This document shows positions 34,662 through 44,437 of a stretch of 52,370 nucleotides of DNA, one piece after another; position 1 is the stretch's first letter; every line of letters begins with the position of its first letter. Source of the DNA: a bacterium (GTDB lineage Bacteria; JADJOY01); NCBI GenBank assembly GCA_046331705.1, contig JAXLQJ010000050.1:1-52370 (forward strand), given 5' to 3'. A model generated the notes under the pieces. The model searched no databases. It saw nothing but the letters and a program-made list of their open reading frames with translations, and was not told where the DNA came from. The position numbers and the translations under genes were made by a program.

Positions 34662-36022
34662 GACGGCGATCCCTCGCAGCCCGCCGACGCCGCGCGATCG
34701 ATCCGCACCCGCGCGAGCGCCCCGATCGCCGGAGTCTCGGCGGCGGGCCACCGCACGGCGACGTAGTTGCTGCTCGTTCCCTGCGCCACCTCTCCGTCCA
34801 TGCGCTCGACGACCACCTCGAGCTCGGCCCCCACCTGACGCTGATGGAACGCCAGGCGGGCGCGCGCGCCGAGCGCGCGTAGCTCCTGGGCGCGGCGCTG
34901 GATCGTCGCGTGGACCACCGGGGAGGCGAAGCTCGCGCCGTCCGCCGGGGCCCACGCGAAGGCCGCCGTGCCCGGTCGTGGCGAGTAGGGAAACACGTGC
35001 AGGTAGCTCACCGGTTGGGAACGAATCCACGCGAGTGTCTGCTGGTGGTCGAGCTCGGATTCGCCGGGAAACCCCGTCATCACGTCGAGACCGAGCGCGA
35101 GCTCGGGACGGCGCTCACGGATGTGCTCGAGGTGCTCGCCCAGGCGCTCGGGCCAGCGGCCGCGGCCCATGCGCCGATGCAGCTCGGCCGATCCCGTCTG
35201 CACGCTCAGGTGAAGATGCGGGCAAAGCCACGCGTAGCGCGCGATCCGATCGGCGAGCCCGTGGTCGAGATCGCGGGGATCGAGCGAGCTCAGGCGCACG
35301 CGCCGCACGGGCCGCTCGGCATCGATCCGGTCGAGCAGCGCGGCGAGTTCCGTGGCCGGCGTGAGATCGAGCCCCCACGAGCCCAGATCGATCCCGGTCA
35401 GGACCGCCTCGTCGCAGCCGCCGCGCGCCACCCGCCGCAGCTCGTCGAGCACGCCCGCGGCGGCGTGCGAACGCGACGAGCCGCGTGCCGCTGGGATCAC
35501 GCAGAAGGCACAGCTCCGATCGCAACCGTCCTGGATCTTGATCAGCGGCCGCGCCTGCGAGGTCGCGGGGGCACCCGGCGCGAGCGCCACGAACGCGCCG
35601 AGCTCGTGCACCGGCGGTCGCTCGACACGGGTCGCGGCGGTGTCGTCGAGGGCCGCCGCCCACTCGGCGAGTCGTTGCTTGCCGCCGTTGCCGACGACCA
35701 GGCGAACCCCCGGCAACGCCGCGAGGACCCCCGGCTCGCGCTCCGCCTGGCAGCCCGTGACGACGATGCGGGCGCGCGGATTCGCGCGATGGATTCGGCG
35801 CACGAGCTTGCGTCCGTCGGTGTCGGCGGAGCCCGTCACCGCGCAGGTGTTCACGACCACCACGTCGGCGAGCGCGGGATCCGCGGCCGCCGTGAAGCCG
35901 CGCGCCGCGAGCTCGGCGGCGAAGCCCTCGGCCTCGGATTGGTTGACGCGGCAACCGACGGCCACCGTGAAGACGGAGGGCGCCCGGGAGTCCGGCGCGG
36001 CGAGCGGCTCGGTGGGTTGCAT
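34658..36022 (-). CDS. mtaB: tRNA methylthiotransferase, MtaB-type radical SAM enzyme
   Basis: UPF0004 Cys motifs GCRVN, NTCAVT, TGC; KIQDGCDRSCAFC; LHVFPYSPRPGT; TRAM-like C-terminus. Confidence 0.9.
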   Translation of the reverse strand: MQPTEPLAAPDSRAPSVFTVAVGCRVNQSEAEGFAAELAARGFTAAADPALADVVVVNTCAVTGSADTDGRKLVRRIHRANPRARIVVTGCQAEREPGVLAALPGVRLVVGNGGKQRLAEWAAALDDTAATRVERPPVHELGAFVALAPGAPATSQARPLIKIQDGCDRSCAFCVIPAARGSSRSHAAAGVLDELRRVARGGCDEAVLTGIDLGSWGLDLTPATELAALLDRIDAERPVRRVRLSSLDPRDLDHGLADRIARYAWLCPHLHLSVQTGSAELHRRMGRGRWPERLGEHLEHIRERRPELALGLDVMTGFPGESELDHQQTLAWIRSQPVSYLHVFPYSPRPGTAAFAWAPADGASFASPVVHATIQRRAQELRALGARARLAFHQRQVGAELEVVVERMDGEVAQGTSSNYVAVRWPAAETPAIGALARVRIDRAASAGCEGSPS

Positions 36023-36032
36023 GGTGCGATGG

Positions 36033-37127
36033 TCACGCGGCCCGGGACTCGATCCAACCGCCACCGAGGACCTGATCGCCGCTGTAGAGCACCAGCGCCT
36101 GCCCGGGCGCGACGGCTTCCTGCGGCTCGTCGAAGTGGAGCACCAAGCGCTCGGGATCGACGCTCGCCACCGTCGCCGGCGCCTCGGGATGGCGCGAGCG
36201 GATCTGCGCGGTGACGCGGGTGCCGGGGGTGGGCGGACGCGGCACCAGCCACGACGGCTGGCGGGCCTGGACGGTGCGATGGAAGAGCGCCGCGCGCGGA
36301 CCCACCGTGAGCGTGCGCGTGGCACCGTCGATCGCCACCACGAAGCGCGGCTCGCCGCCGCCCAGCCCGAGCCCGCGGCGCTGCCCCACGGTGTAGCGAT
36401 GCACCCCGTGGTGCGCTCCGAGCTCGCGCCCCTCCGTGTCCACGATCGGGCCGTCCGTGTCGGCGGCGGCGCGGCGGGAGACGCGTTCCACGAAGGTGGC
36501 GTGGTCGCCGTCGGGAATGAAGCAGATCTCCTGGCTCTCCGGCTTGCGTGCCACCGGCAGCCCGGCACGCTGGGCCCGCTCGCGCACCTCTTCCTTGGTG
36601 AGACCGCCGAGCGGGAAACGGATCAAGTCGAGCGCGTCGCGCGGGATCGAGAACAGGAAATACGACTGATCCTTGGCGCGATCGACGGCGCGGCGCAGCC
36701 GCGGCAGCTCGCCGCCGGGATCGGGCTCGAGGCGAGCGTAATGACCGGTGACGAGCGCCGTCGCACCGACCTTGCGCGCGGCCTCGAGCAAGCGGCCGAA
36801 CTTGAGCACCTGGTTGCAGAGGACGCACGGAATCGGCGTGCGGCCCGCGACGTACTCGGCCACGAACGGCTCGATGACGGCGCGCCGGAAGGGCTCGGCG
36901 TAGTCGAGGACGTAGTGCGCGATGCCCAGGGCTTGCGCGACACGCGCGGCATCGTCCACCTCGGACGGGCTGCAGCAGCTCTTCCCTTTCGACGCGGTGC
37001 TCGGCTCGGCGGGGTTCCACAATCGCAGCGTCACGCCGACCACGTCGTGACCCTGCTCGCGCGCCACCAGCGCCGCGGCGGAGGAGTCCACTCCGCCACT
37101 CATGGCCACGACGACGCGCGATCTCAC
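36033..37127 (-). CDS. mnmA: tRNA 2-thiouridine(34) synthase
   Basis: AMSGGVDSS, PCVLCN, TGHYAR, KDQSYFL, ESQEICF, YTVGQRRGL, APGQ; GTG 37127 after GGGAG. Confidence 0.96.
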   Translation of the reverse strand: MRSRVVVAMSGGVDSSAAALVAREQGHDVVGVTLRLWNPAEPSTASKGKSCCSPSEVDDAARVAQALGIAHYVLDYAEPFRRAVIEPFVAEYVAGRTPIPCVLCNQVLKFGRLLEAARKVGATALVTGHYARLEPDPGGELPRLRRAVDRAKDQSYFLFSIPRDALDLIRFPLGGLTKEEVRERAQRAGLPVARKPESQEICFIPDGDHATFVERVSRRAAADTDGPIVDTEGRELGAHHGVHRYTVGQRRGLGLGGGEPRFVVAIDGATRTLTVGPRAALFHRTVQARQPSWLVPRPPTPGTRVTAQIRSRHPEAPATVASVDPERLVLHFDEPQEAVAPGQALVLYSGDQVLGGGWIESRAA

Positions 37128-37263
37128 GACACGGACTCCCGAGACGAACGAAAGGTTGCGGGCGGACGAGCGACCCACTCGATGGGCGCGACGGGGCTGC
37201 GGTGCGTCGACGACGAAGGGAACGAAATCGGCCTCGGGACCCCCGCGAGCCGCGGGGCGTGGA

Positions 37264-37983
37264 TCAGGCCTTGGGGCGATCGGCGAGGGGATCCTCGGCG
37301 GCTTGCGCCGCCGTGGGCTCGGCTTCGGCCGCGCCACGCGCCTCGACTCTCGCCACCCGCTGCTCGAGTTCGGCGATCTGCTTCCAGAGCGCCTCGATGG
37401 TCTTGGCTTGCGGATCGGGCAGGTCCGTGTGGTTGAGGTCGACGGCCTCGACGCCCTCGCGGAAGATCACACGACCCGGCACGCCCACGACCGTGCTGTG
37501 CGGGGGCACGTCGCGAATCACCACCGAGCCGGAACCGATCTTGGAATCCCGGCCGATGCGGATGCGCCCGATGACCGCCGCACCCGCGCCGATCACGACG
37601 TTGTCCTCGACGGTCGGGTGACGCTTTTCCTTCTTGGTGCTCGTCCCACCGAGCGTCACGCCCTGGAGCAACGTGACGTTGTCGCCGATCTCGGCGGTCT
37701 GGCCGATCACCACGCCCATCCCGTGATCGATGAAGAGCCGTCGCCCGATGCGCGCCGCCGGATGGATCTCGATGCCGGTGAGAAACCGCGACGTGTGCGA
37801 GATGAACCGTGCCAGCCAGAAGAGGTCCCGCATCCACAGCGCGTGCGCGATGCGGTGGAACCAGACCGCGTGCAATCCCGGATAGCAGGTCAGGATCTCC
37901 CACGTCGTGCGGGCCGCCGGGTCGCGATCGAAGATCGCGCCGACGTCGTCGCGGAGCAAAGCGATCAGGCTGGAACCGGGCAC
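37264..37983 (-). CDS. cysE: Serine O-acetyltransferase
   Basis: [45 protein letters not shown] 37983 lies 7 nt after GAGGAGGA. Confidence 0.96.
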   Translation of the reverse strand: MPGSSLIALLRDDVGAIFDRDPAARTTWEILTCYPGLHAVWFHRIAHALWMRDLFWLARFISHTSRFLTGIEIHPAARIGRRLFIDHGMGVVIGQTAEIGDNVTLLQGVTLGGTSTKKEKRHPTVEDNVVIGAGAAVIGRIRIGRDSKIGSGSVVIRDVPPHSTVVGVPGRVIFREGVEAVDLNHTDLPDPQAKTIEALWKQIAELEQRVARVEARGAAEAEPTAAQAAEDPLADRPKA

Positions 37984-38026
37984 GCTCACATCCTCCTCGT
38001 CACACCCACCCGCGCCGGGCCTCGCC

Positions 38027-38056
38027 AAGATCGCACCCGGCCGCTCAGGATGTCAA
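38027..38056 (-). promoter_or_regulatory. Possible promoter for cysE-mnmA-mtaB-rnc-era-der
   Basis: TTGACA (38056-38051), 18 nt ending TGC, GATCTT. Confidence 0.35.
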
Positions 38057-38138
38057 GGATGACGGGCACTTAGACGGACATCGGCCATCGGATCGCGAAT
38101 CCTCGAGGAGACCCGTGGGGCCGCCCATCCCGGCGCCG

Positions 38139-38867
38139 TCAGCGGCTCGTCGGGGTGCCGCTCTTGGTGGCGGCTCGGCGCAACCGATCGATGAACGAGC
38201 CGCTCTCCGGCGGGGCGTTGGTGATGTCGGCGGGATCCGTCGTCGCGCTCGGCGACGACGAGGGCGCGGGGGTCGCCACACTCTCGTCGGCGGGTGGCGT
38301 GACCTGGATCGCGCGGGCCTTGCGAAAGAGCTGGCTGCGCCGCTTGAGCATCGTCAGCGCTTCGTCCGCCGACGCGAGCGCGCCCTCGTAATCGGAGGCC
38401 GCGAGCTTCTTCTTCGCCGCGCCGTAGCGCTTGTCCACCTCGTGGAAGAGCTGCTCCTTGTCCAGCCCGGGATCGGGATCGGCGAGCGCCACCTGTGCCA
38501 CCGCTTCGACCTCGGCCATGCGCGCGCCGATCGCGCGCTTTGCCTGCTCGCGCCGGGCACGAACGTCGACGGCGGCCTGGTAGGCCTTGTCCGCGAGCAG
38601 CTTCGCCTCTTCGTCGCGACCATCCTCGTGGGCATCACGCGCCTGGTTGAGCGGCATGCGGTAGAGCAGCTGATCGGCGCGCGAGGGATTGAGCTCCTCG
38701 ACCTCGGCCTCGGCGTGCACGGCGCGATCGATGGCTTGCTGCGCCGCCAGCTGGAGCGCCGCGTCTGCGCAGCCGAGCCCGAGCACGACCCAGCTCCCGA
38801 GGCCGACCCACGCGCCGAGGCGGACCCGATCCGCTCGCCCAGTCGATCCCTTGCGTGAGGCGCTCAT
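38139..38867 (-). CDS. Hypothetical helical lipoprotein (DUF4398-like repeats)
   Basis: Hydrophobic stretch ending in lipobox-like LGLGC; Ala-rich amphipathic helices; Pro/Ser/Thr-rich tail; ATGA overlap with the upstream gene. Confidence 0.65.
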   Translation of the reverse strand: MSASRKGSTGRADRVRLGAWVGLGSWVVLGLGCADAALQLAAQQAIDRAVHAEAEVEELNPSRADQLLYRMPLNQARDAHEDGRDEEAKLLADKAYQAAVDVRARREQAKRAIGARMAEVEAVAQVALADPDPGLDKEQLFHEVDKRYGAAKKKLAASDYEGALASADEALTMLKRRSQLFRKARAIQVTPPADESVATPAPSSSPSATTDPADITNAPPESGSFIDRLRRAATKSGTPTSR

Positions 38868-39295
38868 CCGTCGTCCCTCTCGTCCCGCGACTCGCCGATG
38901 ACGAGCGAGGCACCGAGCTTACCGAGCAGTGTGGGACCGAAGCCAGGCAGCCGGTCGATGTCGGCGAACGAGCCGAGGGTCCCCGCTCGGCGAGCGGCGA
39001 CGAGACGCCGCGCGCGCTCGGGCCCGATCCCGTCGATGAGCTCGAGATCCCGTCGCGATGCGGTCGCGAAATCGAGGCCCTCTCCGCGCAGCAGCTTGAG
39101 CGGCGCACGCGCGCTCGGCCCGACGCCCTCGGGCGTGGGGAGATCCGGCGCCCACCCGGCAGGCGGCGCCGCCGCGCGCTCGGGCCCGGCGGCGCTCGGC
39201 GCGACGAGCAGGAGCGCCACGATCGTCACGCCGAGCAACGTGGCGAGCCCGTTCCGGGCGATCGCCCAGCTCTCACGCGCCGCGCTGCCCGACAC
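38864..39295 (-). CDS. ComEA-like helix-hairpin-helix DNA-binding protein
   Basis: N-terminal hydrophobic segment; [23 protein letters not shown] and [11 protein letters not shown]hH motifs; start approximate. Confidence 0.82.
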   Translation of the reverse strand: MSGSAARESWAIARNGLATLLGVTIVALLLVAPSAAGPERAAAPPAGWAPDLPTPEGVGPSARAPLKLLRGEGLDFATASRRDLELIDGIGPERARRLVAARRAGTLGSFADIDRLPGFGPTLLGKLGASLVIGESRDERDDG

Positions 39296-40883
39296 GCTTG
39301 CGCCCCTTCTTCTTGGCATCGGTGTGGAGCTTGTAGACCAAGCTGTCCACCAACGCCTGCCAGCTCGCTTCGATGATGTTCTCGGAGACACCGACGGTGC
39401 CCCATTTGCTCACCCCGTCGCCGGACTCGATCAACACCCGCACCCGCGCCGAGGTGCCGGCGCGCGCCTTGAGCACCCGCACCTTGTAGTCGAGAAGCTG
39501 AACCGACTTGATCTCGGGATAGAAACGCTCGAGCGCCTTGCGCAGCGCATTGTCGAGCGCGTTCACGGGCCCGTGCCCCTCGGCCGCGGTGTGCTCCTCG
39601 ACGCCGTTCACCTCGACGCGGATCGTCGCCTCGGAGTACGGCGCACGACCCGCCTCGCGCTTCTCGTCGATCACGCGGAAGCCGCGCAGCTCGAACCAGT
39701 TCTTCTTGCCGTTCAAGGCCTTGTCGACGAGCAGCTCGAACGATCCCTCCGCGCCCTCGAATTGGTAGCCCTCGCTCTCGAGCTCCTTCAGGCGCTCCAC
39801 GATGGCGCGGACCTCGGGCTTGCGATCGCTCAGGTCGAGCCCGAACTCCTCCGCCTTGCTCAGCACGTTCGACTGGCCCGAGAGGTCCGACACCAGCACG
39901 CGCTGGCGATTGCCGACCCGCTCCGGCGCGACGTGCTCGTAGGTCTTCGAGTGCCGGCGGATGGCGCTCACGTGCATGCCGCCCTTGTGGGCGAACGCGC
40001 TCTCGCCGACGTACGCCTGATGCTTGGACGGCGTCATGTTGGCGAGCTCGGCGACGAAGCGCGAGACCTCCTTCAAGGTCTTGAGCTGCGCGTCGCTCAC
40101 GCAATCGATGCCGCGCTTGAGCTTCAGGTTGGGGATGATCGAGCACAGGTTGGCGTTGCCGCAGCGCTCGCCGATGCCGTTGATGGTGCCCTGCACCTGG
40201 CGCGCGCCCTTCTCCACCGCGAGCACGCTGTTCGCGACCGCGCACTCCGAATCGTTGTGACAGTGGATGCCGATCGGCCGATCCACGCGCTGCACGACGT
40301 CGTCGAGGATTCGTCCCAGCTCGGTGGGCAGCGTGCCGCCGTTGGTGTCGCAGAGCACCAGCCAGTCGGCGCCTCCCGCGACCGCCGCCGCGAGGGTCTT
40401 GAGGGCGTAGTCCGGGTTCTCCCGGTAACCGTCGAAGAAGTGCTCGGCGTCGTACATGACCTCCGGCACACGCTTCTTGAGGAACGCGATCGAGTCCTCG
40501 ATCATGCGCAGGTTCTCGTCGAGCGAGACGCGCAGCGCCTGGTGAACGTGGAAATCCCAGGTCTTGCCGACCAGCGTCACGCACTCGGTCTGCGCGTCGA
40601 CGAGCGCCTTCAGGTTGAGGTCGCGGCCGGCCGTGACGCCCGCGCGCCGCGTCATGCCGAAGGCGGCGACCTTGGCGTGCTTGAGCCGGAGCCGGCGCAC
40701 CTCGGTGAAGAACGCCATGTCCTTGGGGTTCGACCCGGGCCAGCCGCCCTCGATTCGGTCGATCCCCAGCCCGTCGAGCTTCTCCGCGATGAGGAGCTTG
40801 TCCTCGAGCGTGAGCGCGACGTCCTCCGCCTGCGTCCCGTCGCGCAAGGTGGTGTCGTAAAGCAGTACGCGCGCTTGGCTCAC
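39273..40883 (-). CDS. cimA: Citramalate synthase (LeuA-like)
   Basis: [60 protein letters not shown]. Confidence 0.93.
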   Translation of the reverse strand: MSQARVLLYDTTLRDGTQAEDVALTLEDKLLIAEKLDGLGIDRIEGGWPGSNPKDMAFFTEVRRLRLKHAKVAAFGMTRRAGVTAGRDLNLKALVDAQTECVTLVGKTWDFHVHQALRVSLDENLRMIEDSIAFLKKRVPEVMYDAEHFFDGYRENPDYALKTLAAAVAGGADWLVLCDTNGGTLPTELGRILDDVVQRVDRPIGIHCHNDSECAVANSVLAVEKGARQVQGTINGIGERCGNANLCSIIPNLKLKRGIDCVSDAQLKTLKEVSRFVAELANMTPSKHQAYVGESAFAHKGGMHVSAIRRHSKTYEHVAPERVGNRQRVLVSDLSGQSNVLSKAEEFGLDLSDRKPEVRAIVERLKELESEGYQFEGAEGSFELLVDKALNGKKNWFELRGFRVIDEKREAGRAPYSEATIRVEVNGVEEHTAAEGHGPVNALDNALRKALERFYPEIKSVQLLDYKVRVLKARAGTSARVRVLIESGDGVSKWGTVGVSENIIEASWQALVDSLVYKLHTDAKKKGRKRVGQRGA

Positions 40884-40917
40884 GAATCACTCCCCACGAA
40901 ACGCTCCGTGTCGATGC

Positions 40918-41463
40918 TCACGAACGCGACCGCTTGGCGTCGGCCTTGGCCTTCGTGCCCGCCGGCTTCTTCGCGGCGGGCGCGGCCTTCTTGCCGAGCT
41001 CGAAGGCATCGTGAAGCACGCGCACCGCGAGCTCGCTGAACTTGTCCTCGATCACGCAGCTTATCTTGATCTCGGACGTCGAGATCATCTGCATGTTCAC
41101 GCCCACGGCGGAAAGCGCCTGGAACATGCGCGCCGCCACCCCCGCGTGCGTTCGCATCCCCACGCCCACCACCGAGACCTTGGCGATCGTCGAGTCGTGG
41201 TCCACCTGGCGAGCGTGGACTCCCGCGGCCACCCGCTCGATCTCGGGCAGCAGCCGCTTGAGATCCACCCGCGGCACCGTGAACGTGAGGTCCGTGAGCC
41301 CGTGCTCGCTCACGTTCTGCACGATCATGTCCACGACCACGCCGGCCTCGCCGAGCGGCGCGAAGATCGACGCGGCGATGCCCGGCCGATCGGGCACTCC
41401 GCGGAGCGCGATCTTCGCCTGGTCCCGCTGACAGGTCACGGCCGTCACCGTCCGCTGTTCCAT
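40918..41463 (-). CDS. Probable aspartate kinase beta subunit, from in-frame internal initiation within lysC
   Basis: GGGAGG 5 nt upstream of in-frame ATG 41463 (Met247), at the kinase/ACT boundary. Confidence 0.65.
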   Translation of the reverse strand: MEQRTVTAVTCQRDQAKIALRGVPDRPGIAASIFAPLGEAGVVVDMIVQNVSEHGLTDLTFTVPRVDLKRLLPEIERVAAGVHARQVDHDSTIAKVSVVGVGMRTHAGVAARMFQALSAVGVNMQMISTSEIKISCVIEDKFSELAVRVLHDAFELGKKAAPAAKKPAGTKAKADAKRSRS

Positions 41464-42201
41464 CTCGTCCTCCCGGCTGTCGACGAGGGTCCCCTCGCCC
41501 TCCTGGAACGCGTGCAGCACGCGCACCGACACGTTGTAGCGCATCGCGTACTCGACCGAGCGCTCGGCGAGCACCTTCGCCCCCAGGCTCGCCATCTCCA
41601 GCATCTCCTCGTGGGTGAGATGCGGGATTCGGCGCGCATCGGGCACGACGTTGGGATCGGACGTGTAGACGCCGTCGACGTCGGTGAAGATGTCGCAGAA
41701 GTCCGCCCCCAGCGCCGCCGCCAACGCGACCGCGGTGGTGTCCGAGCCGCCCCGACCGAGGGTGGTGATGCGGCCGTCCGAATCGACGCCCTGGAAGCCC
41801 GCCACGACCGCGATCTCGCCACGGTCCCACGCGCGCAGGATCGGCTCGCGGTCGATCGACTCGATCCACGCGCGCCCGAAGCTCGAGTTGGTGTGGATCG
41901 CGATCTGATGCCCGAGGAAGCTGCGCGCCGCGTGGCCGCGGGCGCGTAGCTGGATCGCCAGCATCGCGGCGCTCGCCTGCTCGCCGGTGGCGATCAGCAC
42001 GTCCACCTCGGAGAGATCCGGGACCTCGGCGATGTCGTGCGCCACCTTGAGCAAGCGGTTGGTCTCGCCCGCCATGGCGCTCACCACCACGGCGACGCGG
42101 TGTCCTTGCCGGACCGTTGCCGCGACGCGCTCCGCGGCCCGGCCGATGCGCTCCAGCGTTCCCACGCTGGTCCCACCGAACTTCTGAACGATCAGGGCCA
42201 T
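40918..42201 (-). CDS. lysC: Aspartate kinase (alpha subunit)
   Basis: MALIVQKFGGTSV, VVSAMAGETN, TTLGRGGSDTTA, DVDGVYTSDP; two ACT domains (STSEIKIS). Confidence 0.97.
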   Translation of the reverse strand: MALIVQKFGGTSVGTLERIGRAAERVAATVRQGHRVAVVVSAMAGETNRLLKVAHDIAEVPDLSEVDVLIATGEQASAAMLAIQLRARGHAARSFLGHQIAIHTNSSFGRAWIESIDREPILRAWDRGEIAVVAGFQGVDSDGRITTLGRGGSDTTAVALAAALGADFCDIFTDVDGVYTSDPNVVPDARRIPHLTHEEMLEMASLGAKVLAERSVEYAMRYNVSVRVLHAFQEGEGTLVDSREDEMEQRTVTAVTCQRDQAKIALRGVPDRPGIAASIFAPLGEAGVVVDMIVQNVSEHGLTDLTFTVPRVDLKRLLPEIERVAAGVHARQVDHDSTIAKVSVVGVGMRTHAGVAARMFQALSAVGVNMQMISTSEIKISCVIEDKFSELAVRVLHDAFELGKKAAPAAKKPAGTKAKADAKRSRS

Positions 42202-42746
42202 CTCGCCCCCTCCACCGGACCGGCCGCGGGCTCGACCGAGCCGCCGTGCTCCGTCACGCCGGATTCCGCCGACATCGGTTGCTGCCGAGCGATCGCCTCG
42301 AGACAGGCCTCGGGCTCGGCACCGACGGCCTCGAACACCAGCTCGCGGCGGTGCTCGTCGAGCCACGTGAATCTCACTCGCAGATGCTCCTGGGGCAATG
42401 CGTCCGGGAATCGCTCGGCCCATTCCACGACGACCACGTCACCGCCACCGATCGCGTCGGCGAGGCCGAGATCCACCACCTCGCCGGCGGCCGCCAGCCG
42501 ATAGAAGTCGGCGTGGGTGAGCCCTGGCGACCCGGGATAGCGACACGCGAGCACGAAGGTCGGGCTGCCGCTCCAGCTCGCATCCGCGAGGCCGAGGCCC
42601 TCGAAGAGACCGCGGGTGAAGAGCGTCTTGCCGGCGCCCAGCTGGCCGTCGAGCGCCACCACCAACCCCGGCGGCGCCACTCGCCCCAGCGCGCGGCCCA
42701 CCTCGAGCGTCTGCTCGGCCGCACCGCTCACCCAGCGGCGGATCAC
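42192..42746 (-). CDS. tsaE: tRNA threonylcarbamoyladenosine biosynthesis ATPase
   Basis: GQLGAGKT P-loop, SPTF, HADFYRL, VVEWAE; GTGA overlap with nnr. Confidence 0.95.
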   Translation of the reverse strand: MIRRWVSGAAEQTLEVGRALGRVAPPGLVVALDGQLGAGKTLFTRGLFEGLGLADASWSGSPTFVLACRYPGSPGLTHADFYRLAAAGEVVDLGLADAIGGGDVVVVEWAERFPDALPQEHLRVRFTWLDEHRRELVFEAVGAEPEACLEAIARQQPMSAESGVTEHGGSVEPAAGPVEGARWP

Positions 42747-44338
42747 GGTGCCTCCAGCCATTGGATGCGCGGGGCCACCAACGGCGCGCGGCCCAGGTCC
42801 AGGTCGTCGCGGGCGGCAGGCAGCTCGCGCGCCACCTCGCTCGCCAAGAGCCCGCTGTGGCCGACCACCTTCGTCAGCCGATCCCCCGCGGCACCGTGGA
42901 GATAGACCGCGAGCTCCGCCGCGGCGCCCGCCTCCATGCGTTGCGCCAAGAGCGCGCCGACGACGCCCGTGAGGACGTCGCCCATGCCGCCCGTCGACAT
43001 CCCGGGATTGCCCGTCGAGTTGATCGCCGCGCGCCCATCCGGATGGGCAACCACGGTGCCCGCGCCCTTGAGCACGACGATCGAGCGGTGGGCGCGCGCG
43101 AAATCCCGCGCCAGCGCGAGCCGATCGGCTTGCACCTCGGCGGCGCTCACGCCGCAGAGCATCCCCATCTCGCCGGGATGGGGCGTGAGGATGCGCGGCG
43201 CGGGCGCGCGATCGAGCGCCGAGGGATCGGCCGCGAGCGCGGCCAGCGCGTCCGCATCCACCACCATCGGCGCGTCGAGCTCGGCGATCAGACGCGCCAC
43301 CAGCGCGCGGGTCGGGCTCGCCCGGCCGAGGCCCGGGCCGAGTGCCACCGCCTGCTTTCCCCCCGCGAGCGCGGCGATGGCGTCGAACGCGGCCTCGCCG
43401 AGGAAACCGCGGCCGTCGTCGACGATCGGCGCCGTCATGATCTCGGGCGAGCGCTCGTCGCGCGGCGCGCTCACCGAAGCCGGCATGACCCACGTCACGA
43501 GCCCCACCCCGGCGCGCAGCGACGCCAACGCGGTGAGCGCGCCGGCGCCCGTGAGCCCGGCGGACCCCGCCACGACCAAGAGATGGCCGAACGTTCCCTT
43601 GTGCGCTTGGCGCGGCCGAAACGGCACCAATCGCGACACCGAGGAAGCGCTCAGCCAACGCACCCGTGGCTCGCTCGCCTCGAGCAGGCGATTGGGAATC
43701 CCGATGTCCACGACCCGCACCTCGCCCGCCAGCTCCGAGCCCGGCGGCAGCACGTGGCCGAGCTTCGGGAACCCGAACGTGACGGTGAGCTCGCAGCGCG
43801 GGGCGCACCCCAGCACGCGGCCCGTCGACGCGTCGACTCCCGATGGCACGTCGACCGCGACCACCGGCGCCGGCAGGGCGTCGAGCCAGGCGATCGCGGC
43901 GCGCGCGAGCCCCATCACCTCCGAGCGCAAGCCCGTGCCGAAGACCGCATCCACGGCCACGTCCACGTCGCCGAGCGCGGCCGTCCAGCGAGCGAAGGCG
44001 GCTTCGTCGGCGATCGGCTCGAGCCGGCCCCCCGAGCCGAGGAAGGCGCCGAGGTGAACCGCCGCGTCCCCGCGGACGCGCTCCTGCGTCCCCAAGAGCG
44101 CAGTCGCGACGTTCCAGCCGAGCGCGCGCAGCAGCCGTCCGATCACGAATCCATCGCCACCGTTGTTGCCCGTGCCGCACACCACGGCCACGCGCTTCGG
44201 CTCGCGCCCGAAGCGCGCGAGCAGCGCTCGAGCGGCGCCGCGCCCGGCGTTCTCCATCAGCACCGCGCCGGGCAGCCCCACCTCCTCGATGGTGCGGCGG
44301 TCGAGCTCGGCCATCTCGGCCGCGGTCAGGACGTACAC
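42743..44338 (-). CDS. nnr: Bifunctional NAD(P)H-hydrate epimerase/dehydratase (YjeF)
   Basis: LMENAG, GTGNNGGDG, DAVFGTG, DVPSG, HKGTFG, GPGLG, DADAL, TPHPGE, GGMGDVLTG. Confidence 0.96.
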   Translation of the reverse strand: MYVLTAAEMAELDRRTIEEVGLPGAVLMENAGRGAARALLARFGREPKRVAVVCGTGNNGGDGFVIGRLLRALGWNVATALLGTQERVRGDAAVHLGAFLGSGGRLEPIADEAAFARWTAALGDVDVAVDAVFGTGLRSEVMGLARAAIAWLDALPAPVVAVDVPSGVDASTGRVLGCAPRCELTVTFGFPKLGHVLPPGSELAGEVRVVDIGIPNRLLEASEPRVRWLSASSVSRLVPFRPRQAHKGTFGHLLVVAGSAGLTGAGALTALASLRAGVGLVTWVMPASVSAPRDERSPEIMTAPIVDDGRGFLGEAAFDAIAALAGGKQAVALGPGLGRASPTRALVARLIAELDAPMVVDADALAALAADPSALDRAPAPRILTPHPGEMGMLCGVSAAEVQADRLALARDFARAHRSIVVLKGAGTVVAHPDGRAAINSTGNPGMSTGGMGDVLTGVVGALLAQRMEAGAAAELAVYLHGAAGDRLTKVVGHSGLLASEVARELPAARDDLDLGRAPLVAPRIQWLEAP

Positions 44339-44411
44339 GGCGGGCTCGGCGAGTGGGTGCGGTGGCGGACGCGAGAGGCGCTCGCCCGTGGCGAGGCGGC
44401 GGCTCGGGTTT

Positions 44412-44427
44412 AGCAGGGAACGTGCCG
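44412..44427 (-). promoter_or_regulatory. Candidate sigma54 (-24/-12) promoter upstream of nnr
   Basis: CGGCACG-TTCC-CTGCT with exact GG-N10-GC spacing (consensus TGGCACG-N4-TTGCW). Confidence 0.4.
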
Positions 44428-44437
44428 CGATGGCGCG

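Noticed and set aside
38057..38090. Possible IscR/CymR (Rrf2) operator upstream of cysE
   Set aside because: Only a weak GATG...CATC symmetry; it does not match the AT-rich Rrf2 boxes and no Rrf2 gene is in the window.
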